A stretch of DNA of 64,000 bases from positions 1 to 64,000 of the forward strand of contig JANMQV010000003.1 in NCBI GenBank assembly GCA_031370645.1, in the 5' to 3' direction. Within the stretch, counting starts at the first letter, position 1, and each line of letters begins with the position of its first letter. Below the pieces are notes generated by a model. It was not told where the DNA came from. It made no database searches and worked only from the letters and a program-made list of their open reading frames with translations. Below, piece after piece: positions 46,584-56,544 of the stretch. The stretch is from Candidatus Eiseniibacteriota bacterium. Its GTDB lineage: Bacteria > Eisenbacteria > RBG-16-71-46 > SZUA-252. Position numbers and translations under genes: made by a program.

Positions 46584-47755
46584 AGCTCCCGCTTCTGATT
46601 CTCTCGGCCGGCGACCCTTCGGGGGACCGGCTCGGAGCGGCGCTCCTCGGCGCGTTGCGATCGAAGGGCGTGGAGGTCGACGCGGCCGGCATCGGCGGGC
46701 CGGCGCTCCGCGCGGCGGGGCTTCGCACCGTCGCCTCGATGGAATCGGTCGCCGTCATGGGATTCGCGGAGATCGTGACCCACCTGGGCGCGATCCGCCG
46801 CGCGCGACGTGCCATCCGCGACCTTCTCGAACAGCACCCCGACGCCATCTTCCTTCCAATCGACGCCCCCGGCCTTCACCTCGGACTCGCTCGCCAGGCG
46901 CACCGCCTCGGGCGGCGCGTCGTCTATTACGTCTGCCCGCAGATTTGGGCGTGGGGATTCGGGCGGGTCAAGCGCCTCCGCGAGGATGTCGATCTCACGC
47001 TTCTTCTCTTCCGGTTCGAGGAAGAGATCCTTCGCCGCGAATCGGCGCCGGGAGCGTGGGTGGGGCATCCGGCGGGCGGGCTCCTTCCCGACGCGGGGGC
47101 GACGGCGGCCGCCCGCGCGACCTTCGATCTTGGGCCGGGCGAGCGGCTCCTCGCGCTCCTTCCGGGGAGTCGCCGCGGGGAAGTGGCGCGGCACCTCGCG
47201 CCGATGCTCGACGCGGCCGCGCGCCTCGTCGCTCACGCGGGCGTCGCGCTCCGCGTCGTCGTGAGCGACGCGGGGGCGGTCGAAGAGGCGAAGAATCGTC
47301 CCGACGTGGCGCCTCTCTGGCGTGAGCTTGCGCCACGCGTGCACGTGGGCCCCTCCGAATCGCTTCTCCGGGCGGCCGACCTGGCGCTCGTCGCCTCCGG
47401 CACCGCCACGCTCGAGACCGCCGCGCTCGGCGTGCCGCTCGTCCTCGTCTACCGCACCGGCTCCATTAACTATGCACTCGCTCGCCGGCTCGTGAAACTG
47501 CGGCGGATCGGCCTCGTGAACATCGTGCTCGACGAGGACGTGATTCCGGAGTGCGTGCAGGGCGACGCGACCGGGGCCGCGATCGCCGCCGCCGCGGCCC
47601 CGCTCCTCGAAGACGAAGCGGCACGCGCCCGGCAGCGAACCGCCTTCGCGCGGCTCCCGGAAGTTCTCGGGGGCCCGGGCGCGGCCGATCGCGCCGCCGA
47701 CGCCCTTCTCGCCTTCGCGGCCCGCACCGCCGGCGCCGCGACCTCGCGATCATGA
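46580..47755 (+). CDS. lpxB: Lipid-A-disaccharide synthase
   Basis: Motifs AGDPSGD, VMGFAE, IDAPG, YVCPQIWAW, VGHP, LLPGSR and SGTATLE. The start codon is unclear (CTG 46580 or GTG 46490). Confidence 0.93.
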   Translation: MKLPLLILSAGDPSGDRLGAALLGALRSKGVEVDAAGIGGPALRAAGLRTVASMESVAVMGFAEIVTHLGAIRRARRAIRDLLEQHPDAIFLPIDAPGLHLGLARQAHRLGRRVVYYVCPQIWAWGFGRVKRLREDVDLTLLLFRFEEEILRRESAPGAWVGHPAGGLLPDAGATAAARATFDLGPGERLLALLPGSRRGEVARHLAPMLDAAARLVAHAGVALRVVVSDAGAVEEAKNRPDVAPLWRELAPRVHVGPSESLLRAADLALVASGTATLETAALGVPLVLVYRTGSINYALARRLVKLRRIGLVNIVLDEDVIPECVQGDATGAAIAAAAAPLLEDEAARARQRTAFARLPEVLGGPGAADRAADALLAFAARTAGAATSRS

Positions 47756-49038
47756 GCCCCGCGCTGACGCTCTACCGGCTGTTAACGGGCGGCGCGGGCG
47801 CGATCGTGGCGCCGCTCGTTCGGCGGCTTGCGCCGAGCGGCTCCGCTTGGCGTGCGAGATTCGGCGCTCCCGAAGGAGTCGGTCTCGCCGCGGGCGGGCC
47901 CTGGATTCACGCGGCGTCGATGGGAGAGGCCGCCGGCGCGCTCCGCTGGGTCGATGCGCTCCTTGCCGCGGGCTATCGGGCCCCGATTCTTGTCACGACC
48001 CACACCAACGCGGGGCTCGGCCGGTTGCGGAGCGATGGTGGCGCGAGGATCGTGGGCGCGGTCGCGCCGTACGATGTTCCGCAAGCCATTCGCCGCGTGT
48101 TGCGCGACGCCGCGCCGATGCGACTCGACCTCATCGAGACGGAACTCTGGCCGAATTTAATTCTCGAAGCACATCGCGCCGGAGTGCCGGTCGTCGTGGC
48201 GAGCGCCACCGTCTCCGCGCGCACGGCGGGCCGGCTCCGTTCGCTTGGGCTTGCCGGCGACGCGATCTTTGGACCGATGCACGTCCTCGCGCAAAGCGAG
48301 CGACACGCGGACCGCTTTCGGGCGCTCGGCGTGGCGCCGGCTCGATGTGTCGTGATCGGCGACCTGAAGGCCGATCGCCGCGGGGAGGAGGGAGCCGCTT
48401 TGCCCGATCCCGAACGGCGCCGACTCCTTCTCTTCGCGAGCCTTCGGCCGGGTGAAGAGGCGGTCGCCGTCGCCGTGTCGCGGATGCTGGCCGCCCGACG
48501 CGACGCGGGAGCGTGGCGATTCGTCGTGGCGCCTCGCCACGATCGGATCGTGGCTTCGCTGAAGCGCGAGTTCAACGGTGCCGGCATCGCGTACGATTGC
48601 CGCGACGAGTCGAATCTCGGGGCGGAGTCGGTCCGGGATTGGGCGGCGCGCGGCGCGCCGACCGGTACCGCGCCGTCCGTGGGCCTGCTGGCGACCAAGG
48701 GGGAGTTGTCCCAACTTTTCCCCGCGGCGCGCGCGGCGCTGGTCGGAGGGACGTTCGCGCCGTGGGGCGGACACAATGTGCTGGAGCCCGCCGCGAGCGG
48801 GTGCCCGGTCATCGTTGGTCCCCACCACGAAGAGGTCGAGCCGGGCGTGGCGCTCCTGCTTGCTCACGCGGCGGGCGCGGTGGCCTCCGAAGGGATAACC
48901 GCCGCCGCGATCTTGTCCCAGTGGCTCGATGAACCCGCCTCGCCCCGGAGTTCGGCGGCGCTGGCGGCGGCACGCGCGGCGGAAGGCGCGGCACGGCGGG
49001 GGCTCGACGCGCTCGTGGCGTGGGGACTCGATCCGTGA
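47752..49038 (+). CDS. waaA: 3-deoxy-D-manno-octulosonic acid (Kdo) transferase
   Basis: Motifs WIHAASMGE, IETELWPN, GDLK, APRH and GGHNVLEPAA. Confidence 0.9.
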   Translation: MSPALTLYRLLTGGAGAIVAPLVRRLAPSGSAWRARFGAPEGVGLAAGGPWIHAASMGEAAGALRWVDALLAAGYRAPILVTTHTNAGLGRLRSDGGARIVGAVAPYDVPQAIRRVLRDAAPMRLDLIETELWPNLILEAHRAGVPVVVASATVSARTAGRLRSLGLAGDAIFGPMHVLAQSERHADRFRALGVAPARCVVIGDLKADRRGEEGAALPDPERRRLLLFASLRPGEEAVAVAVSRMLAARRDAGAWRFVVAPRHDRIVASLKREFNGAGIAYDCRDESNLGAESVRDWAARGAPTGTAPSVGLLATKGELSQLFPAARAALVGGTFAPWGGHNVLEPAASGCPVIVGPHHEEVEPGVALLLAHAAGAVASEGITAAAILSQWLDEPASPRSSAALAAARAAEGAARRGLDALVAWGLDP

Positions 49039-50204
49039 GTCGCGACGCGAAGACATTTCCGCTCCGACCGTGGGTGGAGCGCTCATGGCGTGGCGAGGGG
49101 GGTGCGTTCGAGGCGCTCCTGCTTCGTCCACTTTCGGCGCTCTACTCCCTCGCGTCGGCGCTCTCCCGCAATCGAAGGGCACGAACACGACGCCGATTGC
49201 CCGGGATGACCGTTCTCGCGATCGGGGGACTAACGGTCGGAGGCGCGGGGAAGACCACGCTCGCTCGATGGGCAGCGCGCGCCTCGCTCGAGAAAGGACG
49301 ACGGCCGGCCATCCTCCTCCGCGGTCATGGCGCATCCGGATCGACGCACGGGCCCACGATCGTTCCCATCGTCGCCCCGCAGAGCCCCGCGACGGCGCGG
49401 TTGTACGGCGACGAGGCACTCGCGCACCGGGCTTCGCTCCCCTCCTCCGTCTTGATCGTGGTGGGGAAGGACCGCTGGAAGGCGGCTCGGCTCGCGCTCG
49501 ACTCGGGCGCCGACCTGGCGATCCTCGATGACGGGTGGGAGCAGGGGACGCTCGCGTGGGATCGGCTCTGGGTGGCGCTCGATGCGCGCCATCCCCTCGG
49601 GAACGGCCGCACGCTCCCTGCTGGGCCGCTTCGCCGCCCTCCGCGCTACTTACGTGAAGCCAATGAGATCGTGGCAATACTTGAAGCGGAGGATGAGTCT
49701 CCTGCCCGGGGCGGTGAAGACGTCCGCGCCGCGGGACTCGTACTGCCGGGGCTCGAGTTCGGTGGGAGGGCGATTCGCTTCCGACGCGTCGTCGAGGGGT
49801 GGTACCGGCTCCGAGACGCACCGAGCGCCGCCACCATCCCTGCGGCCCCGAGCGGTCCGATCCTCCTCGTCTCCTCAGTCGGCGCTCCCGAGCGGTTGGA
49901 ACGCTTCCTCCGCCCCCTGGTGAGGGGACCGGTGGTGCACATCGCGTTTCCGGATCACGACTCGTGGGATCCTGCGAGGATCGAGGCCTCCCTCGCGGCG
50001 CTCCGAAACGAGGCGGGGGCGCCACCGATCGTCGCGGCGACCGATAAGGATGCAGCCCGCGCGGCTCTCCTCCCGGATTTCGGCGCCGAGGTCTGGATCG
50101 TCCGAAGCGGGCTTCGCCCGGTGGATGATCCGACCCCCCTGCTCGCCGCGCTCTCCTTGCCTCCGGGTGGACCGCCCGTGGCGGCGCGACCCCCGATCGG
50201 CTAG
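49035..50204 (+). CDS. lpxK: Tetraacyldisaccharide 4'-kinase
   Basis: Motifs LTVGGAGKT, LLRGHG, GDEA, ILDDG, LPAGPLR, FPDH and TDKD. Confidence 0.9.
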   Translation: MSRDAKTFPLRPWVERSWRGEGGAFEALLLRPLSALYSLASALSRNRRARTRRRLPGMTVLAIGGLTVGGAGKTTLARWAARASLEKGRRPAILLRGHGASGSTHGPTIVPIVAPQSPATARLYGDEALAHRASLPSSVLIVVGKDRWKAARLALDSGADLAILDDGWEQGTLAWDRLWVALDARHPLGNGRTLPAGPLRRPPRYLREANEIVAILEAEDESPARGGEDVRAAGLVLPGLEFGGRAIRFRRVVEGWYRLRDAPSAATIPAAPSGPILLVSSVGAPERLERFLRPLVRGPVVHIAFPDHDSWDPARIEASLAALRNEAGAPPIVAATDKDAARAALLPDFGAEVWIVRSGLRPVDDPTPLLAALSLPPGGPPVAARPPIG

Positions 50205-50215
50205 GCTGATGGGTC

Positions 50216-51877
50216 ATGGCACGATCCGCGCGTAACCCTCAACCCTCCGGCCGGAATGAGTTCGAGGCCGATGTCCTGGTCATCGGGAGCGGCATCGGGG
50301 GCCTCTCCGTGGCGCTCCATCTCGCCGAGACAGTTCGAGTCCTCGTGGTCACGAAAGTCGACGCCGAGGAGTCGAACACCAACTATGCGCAGGGAGGAAT
50401 CGCCGCCGTCCTCGGGGACGACGACACGGTCTCCCTCCACGAGCGCGACACGCTTGTCTGCGGCGCCGGCCTCTGCGATCCCGAGGCGGTGCGCGTGCTG
50501 GTGGAGGAGGGGCCGGGCGAAGTGCTGCGGCTCCTCGAGCTCGGGGTCCGCTTCTCCCGCGATCCGGACCGGCGCGGGCGCCTCGCGCTGGGGCGCGAGG
50601 GGGGGCACTCTCGCCGCCGCATCGTTCACGCCAAGGATCGGACGGGGCACGCCGTCGAGCGAACGCTTCTCGACCTCGCGCGCGCCCATCCGAAGATCAC
50701 GGTGCTTGAGAACCACATCGCGGTCGATCTCATCCTCGAATCGAAGCATCTGGAAGGACGCCGGCGCGCTCCGTCGCGCGACCGAGTCTGGGGCGCGTAC
50801 GTTCTCGACCGAGAGAGCGGGGAGATCCGCGTGGCCGCCGCCAAGGCGACCGTCCTTGCCACGGGCGGTGCGGGTAAGGTCTACCTCTACACGAGCAACC
50901 CCGACATCGCGACCGGAGACGGACTGGCCGCCGCCTATCGCGCGGGAGCCACGGTCGCGAACCTCGAGTTCATGCAATTTCACCCGACCTGCCTCTTCCA
51001 CCCGGAGGCGAAGTCGTTCCTCATCTCGGAAGCGGTGCGGGGCGAAGGGGCGCGCCTCGTGACGACCGACGGGAAGCCCTTCATGAAGCGCCACCATCGG
51101 CTCGGCGATCTCGCGCCGCGCGACGTTGTGGCGCGCGCCATCGACTTCGAGATGAAGCGGCGCGGCGACAAGTACGTCCTTCTCGACATGGCGCGTCTCG
51201 GCCGGCGCGTTCTTCAGCAGCGCTTTCCGACCATCACGCGGCGCGTGCTCGAACTTGGCTACGACATCTTCCACGATCCGATTCCGGTCGTGCCGGCGGC
51301 GCACTATCTCTGCGGCGGCGTGGCGACCGATCTCGACGCGCGGACCGACCTCCCCGGGCTCTGGGCCTGCGGGGAAGTGGCCTGCACGGGAGTACACGGC
51401 GCGAATCGGCTCGCTTCGAACTCGCTTCTCGAAGCGCTCGTCTTTGCGCGGCGCGCGAGCCTCAGCATTCTCCGCCGCATCACCGGCGAGCGGCCGCGCC
51501 GCGTCCCGCGCCTTCCGCGCTGGCAATTCAAGGGTGCGGTGAGGCCGAAGGAGCAGGTGATCTTCGACCACAATTGGGATGCCGTTCGAAAGCTCATGTG
51601 GGACTATATGGGCATCGTCCGAAGCGACGAGCGCCTCGATCGAGCGGCGGAGATGGTGGCCGTGTTCAAGGACCAGACCGAGCGCGACTATTGGCATTAC
51701 CGCCTCGACGCCGATTTGGTCGAACTCCGGAACATCACGCTGGTCGCCGAACTCATGGTCACCTGCGCCCGGCGCCGCGCCGAAAGCCGCGGACTTCACT
51801 ACAATGCGGACCACCCACGCCTCGACGACCGACGATTCCGCCACGACACGCTCGAACGCCGGGGGCGCCGCTCCTAG
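50216..51877 (+). CDS. nadB: L-aspartate oxidase
   Basis: Motifs IGSGIGG, YAQGGIA, EGGHSRRRI, EFMQFHPT, SEAVRGEG, HGANRLASNSLLE and ESRGLHY. Confidence 0.95.
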   Translation: MARSARNPQPSGRNEFEADVLVIGSGIGGLSVALHLAETVRVLVVTKVDAEESNTNYAQGGIAAVLGDDDTVSLHERDTLVCGAGLCDPEAVRVLVEEGPGEVLRLLELGVRFSRDPDRRGRLALGREGGHSRRRIVHAKDRTGHAVERTLLDLARAHPKITVLENHIAVDLILESKHLEGRRRAPSRDRVWGAYVLDRESGEIRVAAAKATVLATGGAGKVYLYTSNPDIATGDGLAAAYRAGATVANLEFMQFHPTCLFHPEAKSFLISEAVRGEGARLVTTDGKPFMKRHHRLGDLAPRDVVARAIDFEMKRRGDKYVLLDMARLGRRVLQQRFPTITRRVLELGYDIFHDPIPVVPAAHYLCGGVATDLDARTDLPGLWACGEVACTGVHGANRLASNSLLEALVFARRASLSILRRITGERPRRVPRLPRWQFKGAVRPKEQVIFDHNWDAVRKLMWDYMGIVRSDERLDRAAEMVAVFKDQTERDYWHYRLDADLVELRNITLVAELMVTCARRRAESRGLHYNADHPRLDDRRFRHDTLERRGRRS

Positions 51878-51883
51878 GTCTCC

Positions 51884-52288
51884 ATGGACCTCGAAACCGC
51901 CATCCTCGACCTCGCCGAAAAACACGGCCGCTACCGGCCGGCCGCATACCATTTCACGCTCCAGGCGGTGCATGTGACGGTCGACCGGTCTCGCGAGGGA
52001 GGCGGCGGGCCGCGCCACGTCTCGGGGCAGGAAGTGCTCGACGGCATTCGCACCCTCGCGCGCGCGCGCTTCGGGCCGATCGCGAAGACGGTCTTCGAGC
52101 AGTGGGGCGTCGGGCGGACGGAAGACTTCGGCGAGATCGTCTTTCAACTCGTGGAGGCTGGCATTCTCGGGAAGACCGAAGAAGACCGGATGAGCGACTT
52201 CGCGCGCGGATTCGACTTCGAGCAGGCGTTCGTCCGCGAGTACGACTGGCTCGACGGTTTCGCCGCCCCGCCGGAAGGTTCCTCGTAG
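51884..52288 (+). CDS. Conserved hypothetical protein, Minf_1886 (Verrucomicrobia/Planctomycetes-type) family
   Basis: Pattern RYRPAAYHF…HVSGQEVL…FGPIAKTVFEQWGV..TEDFGEIVFQLVE, recognised by eye. Confidence 0.7.
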   Translation: MDLETAILDLAEKHGRYRPAAYHFTLQAVHVTVDRSREGGGGPRHVSGQEVLDGIRTLARARFGPIAKTVFEQWGVGRTEDFGEIVFQLVEAGILGKTEEDRMSDFARGFDFEQAFVREYDWLDGFAAPPEGSS

Positions 52289-52295
52289 GCCCCCG

Positions 52296-54362
52296 ATGAC
52301 GTCGACACCCCCGGCCAAGCCACCGACTCCGCCGCCGACTCGGACCACGGCGCCGCCGAGTCCGCTCTTTCGGCTCCTGGGGTACATGCGTCCCTATCGG
52401 TTCCGCCTCTGGATCACGGCGCTACTGATCTTCGGATTCGCGCTCTTGAGCGGCGCCACGATCGGGATGATCTCGCCGTTCATGAAGGTCCTCTTCACGC
52501 CGCGCCAGGCCGCGCATCAGGTGGGGGCGGCGCCGGGGACTTCCGGCGCGCTGCCGGGCGCCACCGACGAAGACGCCACGATATCGAGCCCGTCCCCGAT
52601 CCCGGGCCTCCCCGCCGGCGTGGCGGACGTGGTGTTGCCTCCGAACGCGGCGGGGGCCGAGTCGGCGCGGACCAATGGCGTCGCCGCCCGCGTGAACGCC
52701 TGGAAGGAGGACATTCGAACCTGGTTCGAGCACTTCTTCCTGACAGGCGAGCCGGTTCGTTCGCTCACGCGCATCTGCCTCGCGCTCCTGGCGGTCTTTC
52801 TCCTCAAGAATCTCTTCGACTATCTCCAGAGCGTGCAGACCGTCTGGATCGAGCAGGCGGTCGTGCGAGATCTTCGCAACGAGGTCTACGGACACCTCCA
52901 TCGATTGTCGCTCTCGTGGTTTCATTCGCGGCGATCGGGCGCGCTCACGTCTCGGCTCACGAACGACATCGCGCTCGTGCGGGGCGCGCTCGCCGCCGGG
53001 TTCAGCAATTTTGTGAAAAGCATCTTTTTGCTCGCGGTCTGTCTCTTCTGGATCTTCTGGACGTCGTGGAAGCTCGCGCTTCTCTCCTTCCTGGTCCTGC
53101 CGCCGTCGCTTCTCCTCATCGTGTGGCTCGGGAAGAAACTTCGGAAGCGGAGCACGATCACGCAGGAGCGCATGGCCGATCTCAATGCAATCCTCCAGGA
53201 GACGCTCTCCGGCATCCGCGTCGTGAAGGCGTTCTCCATGGAGGAGTTCGAGCAGCGGAAATTCGGGCGCGCCGCGCAGGACTACTTCCGCGCGTTCGTC
53301 CGCCAGCGGCGGCTGGGCGCCATGGCGGGCCCGCTCTCCGAGTATCTCGGGGTCGTGGCGACGGTTGCGGTCCTCTGGTACGGCGGCAACGAGATTCTCC
53401 TCCGCCGGGCCATCGAGCCGCAGCAATTCTTCATCTTCCTGTTCGCGATGCTCCAACTGATGGCGCCCCTCAAGGCGCTCAGCAACATCAACGCGACGCT
53501 TCAGGAGGGACTGGCGGGCGCGGACCGAATCTTCCGAATCCTCGACACGCCGCCGACGGTGACGAGCAAGCCCGACGCCCGCCCGGCGGGACCCGTGACG
53601 CGCGCGATCGAGTTCAATCACGTCTCCTTCCATTACGCTCCGGGAGACGATGTCCTCCGCGACATCTCCTTCCAGGTGCCGGCCGGCTCGATGGTCGCGC
53701 TGGTCGGGCCGAGCGGCGCCGGGAAATCGACGCTCGTCGATCTCGTGGCCCGCTTCTACGATCCGACCGCGGGCGAAATCCGGGTCGACGGTCACGATCT
53801 TCGCGATCTCGATCTGGGCTCGTGGCGCCGCGTGCTCGGCGTCGTGACGCAGGAGCCGATCCTCTTCAACGACACGGTCTCGAGCAATATCGCCTACGGC
53901 GTCGACGGAGCGTCCGAGGAAGCGCTCTATCGCGCCGCGCGCGCCGCGAACGCGGAGCGCTTCATCCTCGACATGCCCGAGGGGTACAACACGCGAATCG
54001 GCGATCGCGGCGTGCGGCTTTCGGGAGGCGAAAGGCAGCGGCTCGCCATCGCGCGGGCCATCTTCAAGAACCCTCCCGTCCTCCTGCTGGATGAGGCGAC
54101 CTCGAGTCTCGATTCGGAATCGGAACTCCTGGTGCAGGAGGCGCTGGAAGCGCTCTTCGAAGGGAGGACGGTGTTCGTCATCGCGCATCGCCTCTCCACC
54201 ATCCAGCGCGCCGACCGGATCGTGGTGCTCGACCACGGGCGAATCGTTCAGACCGGCACGCACGAGGAATTGGTGGCGGCGCCCGGTCTCTACCAGAAAC
54301 TCCACCGACTCCAGTTCCGCCTGGCCGAACCCGACGGCCCGGCGCAAGACCGCGCCGGCTGA
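52296..54362 (+). CDS. msbA: Lipid A export ABC transporter (MsbA-like)
   Basis: Six-TM TMD plus NBD with GPSGAGKST, LSGGERQR, LDEATS and IAHRLST; located in the LPS cluster. Confidence 0.85.
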   Translation: MTSTPPAKPPTPPPTRTTAPPSPLFRLLGYMRPYRFRLWITALLIFGFALLSGATIGMISPFMKVLFTPRQAAHQVGAAPGTSGALPGATDEDATISSPSPIPGLPAGVADVVLPPNAAGAESARTNGVAARVNAWKEDIRTWFEHFFLTGEPVRSLTRICLALLAVFLLKNLFDYLQSVQTVWIEQAVVRDLRNEVYGHLHRLSLSWFHSRRSGALTSRLTNDIALVRGALAAGFSNFVKSIFLLAVCLFWIFWTSWKLALLSFLVLPPSLLLIVWLGKKLRKRSTITQERMADLNAILQETLSGIRVVKAFSMEEFEQRKFGRAAQDYFRAFVRQRRLGAMAGPLSEYLGVVATVAVLWYGGNEILLRRAIEPQQFFIFLFAMLQLMAPLKALSNINATLQEGLAGADRIFRILDTPPTVTSKPDARPAGPVTRAIEFNHVSFHYAPGDDVLRDISFQVPAGSMVALVGPSGAGKSTLVDLVARFYDPTAGEIRVDGHDLRDLDLGSWRRVLGVVTQEPILFNDTVSSNIAYGVDGASEEALYRAARAANAERFILDMPEGYNTRIGDRGVRLSGGERQRLAIARAIFKNPPVLLLDEATSSLDSESELLVQEALEALFEGRTVFVIAHRLSTIQRADRIVVLDHGRIVQTGTHEELVAAPGLYQKLHRLQFRLAEPDGPAQDRAG

Positions 54363-54366
54363 CCTC

Positions 54367-55470
54367 ATGGCTTCCGGTCCCGCGCTGGTCATCCGTCTCT
54401 CGTCGCTCGGCGACGTTCTCCTTGCCGCTCACCTTCCATCGCTCCTTCGCGCGGCTTCGCCCGGCCGGCGCGTCCTCTTCATGACGAAGGAGCGCTTCGC
54501 CGATATTCTCCGAGGGCATCCCGACATCGATCGCTTCTACGTCCTCGAGGACGGCTCGAGCGACCCGGCGGCGCCCGGGCCGCTCGGGGTGAAGGGAAGC
54601 TCGGGTGATTTCCGGCTCCCGCTTCGCCGCGAAGGAATCGAGGAGATCTTCGACCTTCAGCAGAATCTCCGCGCCTCCAACGCCACCCGTTCGCTCGAGA
54701 GCGCGAAGCGCGTTTCGTTCGAGAAGCACGGTATTCGGCGTCGTCTCTTGGTCCATGCGCGTTGGCTTCACCCCGAGCCGCTCCCACCCCTTCTTCGTCG
54801 CTACCGCGTGGTGGCCGGGTTGCCGGAGTCGGCGCCGCTTCGTCCGTGGCTTCGTGACGCGCTTTCGGAAGGGGAGGTGGCTCGAGCCCGCGAACGACTC
54901 GGCCCGCTCGGGGAACGCGGCTTCGTTCTCATCGCGCCGGGTTCGCGATGGGCGACGAAGCGCTGGCCCGCGCGCCATGCGGCGGCGCTCGGCGCGCTCC
55001 TCGCTGAGAAGACGGGGTTGTCGGTGCGCTACGCGGTGGGACCCGACGACGAAGCGACCGCGAAGGAACTCGTGGCGCAACTCTCCGCTTCGGGGCGGAT
55101 CGATTCCGGACCGGAGGCGATCCTCTCGCTCGGTATTCGAGAGGCGGCGGCCGTGGCGGCGCGCGCGCGCGCGATCGTTTCCTCCGATTCGGCGCTTCTC
55201 CATTTCGGCCCCGCGCTCGGGGTGCCCGCGGTGGGACTCTTCGGGAGCACGGTCCCCGGCTTCGGTTTCGCCTCGGGCGAGCCGCGCGACGCCGTGGCGG
55301 AAGTGGACCTCCCGTGCCGCCCTTGCGACGTGCATGGGAAGGATCGTTGCCCCCTTCGCCACCACGCCTGCATGGAGCGCCTCGAGCCGGCGCTCGTTTT
55401 CGAGCGGCTTCGCCCCCTCCTCGACGCCGCACGCGCTCCGGCGCGCCCCGCGGAGGCGACTCGCGCATGA
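54367..55470 (+). CDS. GT9-family glycosyltransferase (heptosyltransferase-like)
   Basis: Motifs IRLSSLGDV, APGSRWATKRWP, DSALLH and LFGST; C-terminal CRPC…CP…C. Confidence 0.88.
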   Translation: MASGPALVIRLSSLGDVLLAAHLPSLLRAASPGRRVLFMTKERFADILRGHPDIDRFYVLEDGSSDPAAPGPLGVKGSSGDFRLPLRREGIEEIFDLQQNLRASNATRSLESAKRVSFEKHGIRRRLLVHARWLHPEPLPPLLRRYRVVAGLPESAPLRPWLRDALSEGEVARARERLGPLGERGFVLIAPGSRWATKRWPARHAAALGALLAEKTGLSVRYAVGPDDEATAKELVAQLSASGRIDSGPEAILSLGIREAAAVAARARAIVSSDSALLHFGPALGVPAVGLFGSTVPGFGFASGEPRDAVAEVDLPCRPCDVHGKDRCPLRHHACMERLEPALVFERLRPLLDAARAPARPAEATRA

Positions 55471-56396
55471 CCGAGCTAGTCCTCATCACGGGACGAGATC
55501 CAGCGGCCCTCGCGCGCGCCGCCGAAAGCGCCAGCGGGGAACCGATCCCGTGGGTTCCTTCCGGCGACCCGCGCGCCTCCGAGACAACCGTCTGGTTCGC
55601 CAGCGGTACGATGCCGGAGCAGCCGCTCGAATTACCGAAGCTTCGCTGGATTCAATCGGCGTGGGCGGGCGTCGATCGCTGGCTCTCGCGGCCCGAATGG
55701 AGCGGCAATGTCGTACTCACCCGCACCGTCGCCGATTTCCCCGAACGAATTTCCGAATACGTCCTGGGGCAGGTTCTCGCCTTGACGCTCGACGTGCCGC
55801 GCTCGCGGCGGCAACAGACGGAGCGCGTTTGGTCGCGCTGGATTCCGGGGTCGCTTCGCGGGAAGGGAATGCTCATTGTCGGGTACGGCGCCATCGGATC
55901 GCGCGTGGCGGCCGCGGCGCGTTCGATGGGGATGAACGTCTTTGGAATTCGGCGCGGCCCCGTCGGTGACGAGGAGCGGAGCCGGCAAATCGAAAGCGCG
56001 GACGCTCTCTCAAGATTCCTGCCCCTATCGGACGTCGTCGTGAATCTCCTTCCGGCCACGCCGGAGACGGAGTCGTTCTGGTCGGCGGAGCGATTCGCGC
56101 TTTTTCCGGAGGGCGCGATCTTCGTGAACGCCTCCCGAGGCCGTTGCGTGGACGACGCGGCTCTCCTGGCGGCGCTCGATCGGAAACGCCCCGCGCGAGC
56201 GATCCTCGACGTCTTTCGCGAGGAGCCGCTCCCCGCGGAGCACCCCTACTGGAAGCACCCCTCCGTCTGGGTCACCCCCCACGTGGCGGGCCTCGGGGAC
56301 GACGAAACGGAGGGCCGCGCGTTCGGCGAGAATTGGAAACGCCGGCGGGAAGGGAAGCCGTTGCTCCACATCGTGGAGCGCGATCGGGGCTACTGA
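55467..56396 (+). CDS. D-2-hydroxyacid dehydrogenase family protein (GhrA-like)
   Basis: Motifs WAGVD, VGYGAIG, VNASRG, LDVFREEPLP and TPHVAG. Confidence 0.88.
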   Translation: MTELVLITGRDPAALARAAESASGEPIPWVPSGDPRASETTVWFASGTMPEQPLELPKLRWIQSAWAGVDRWLSRPEWSGNVVLTRTVADFPERISEYVLGQVLALTLDVPRSRRQQTERVWSRWIPGSLRGKGMLIVGYGAIGSRVAAAARSMGMNVFGIRRGPVGDEERSRQIESADALSRFLPLSDVVVNLLPATPETESFWSAERFALFPEGAIFVNASRGRCVDDAALLAALDRKRPARAILDVFREEPLPAEHPYWKHPSVWVTPHVAGLGDDETEGRAFGENWKRRREGKPLLHIVERDRGY

Positions 56397-56460
56397 TCGA
56401 GCCCCCTCCGGGACCCTCCCGGTCGCGCCCGGAGCCTCCTTTCGGATCCCTGGAAACCCC

Positions 56461-56488
56461 TTGATTCCGGGCGCTTGCGCGGCATAAT
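56461..56488 (+). promoter_or_regulatory. sigma70-type promoter for tdh-kbl
   Basis: TTGATT-N16-CATAAT in the intergenic region. Confidence 0.55.
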
Positions 56489-56544
56489 CGCCGCAAGAGA
56501 CCCACGTCGTCCCAATCCCCCGGGTCTCGTCGAGGAGACCAAGC

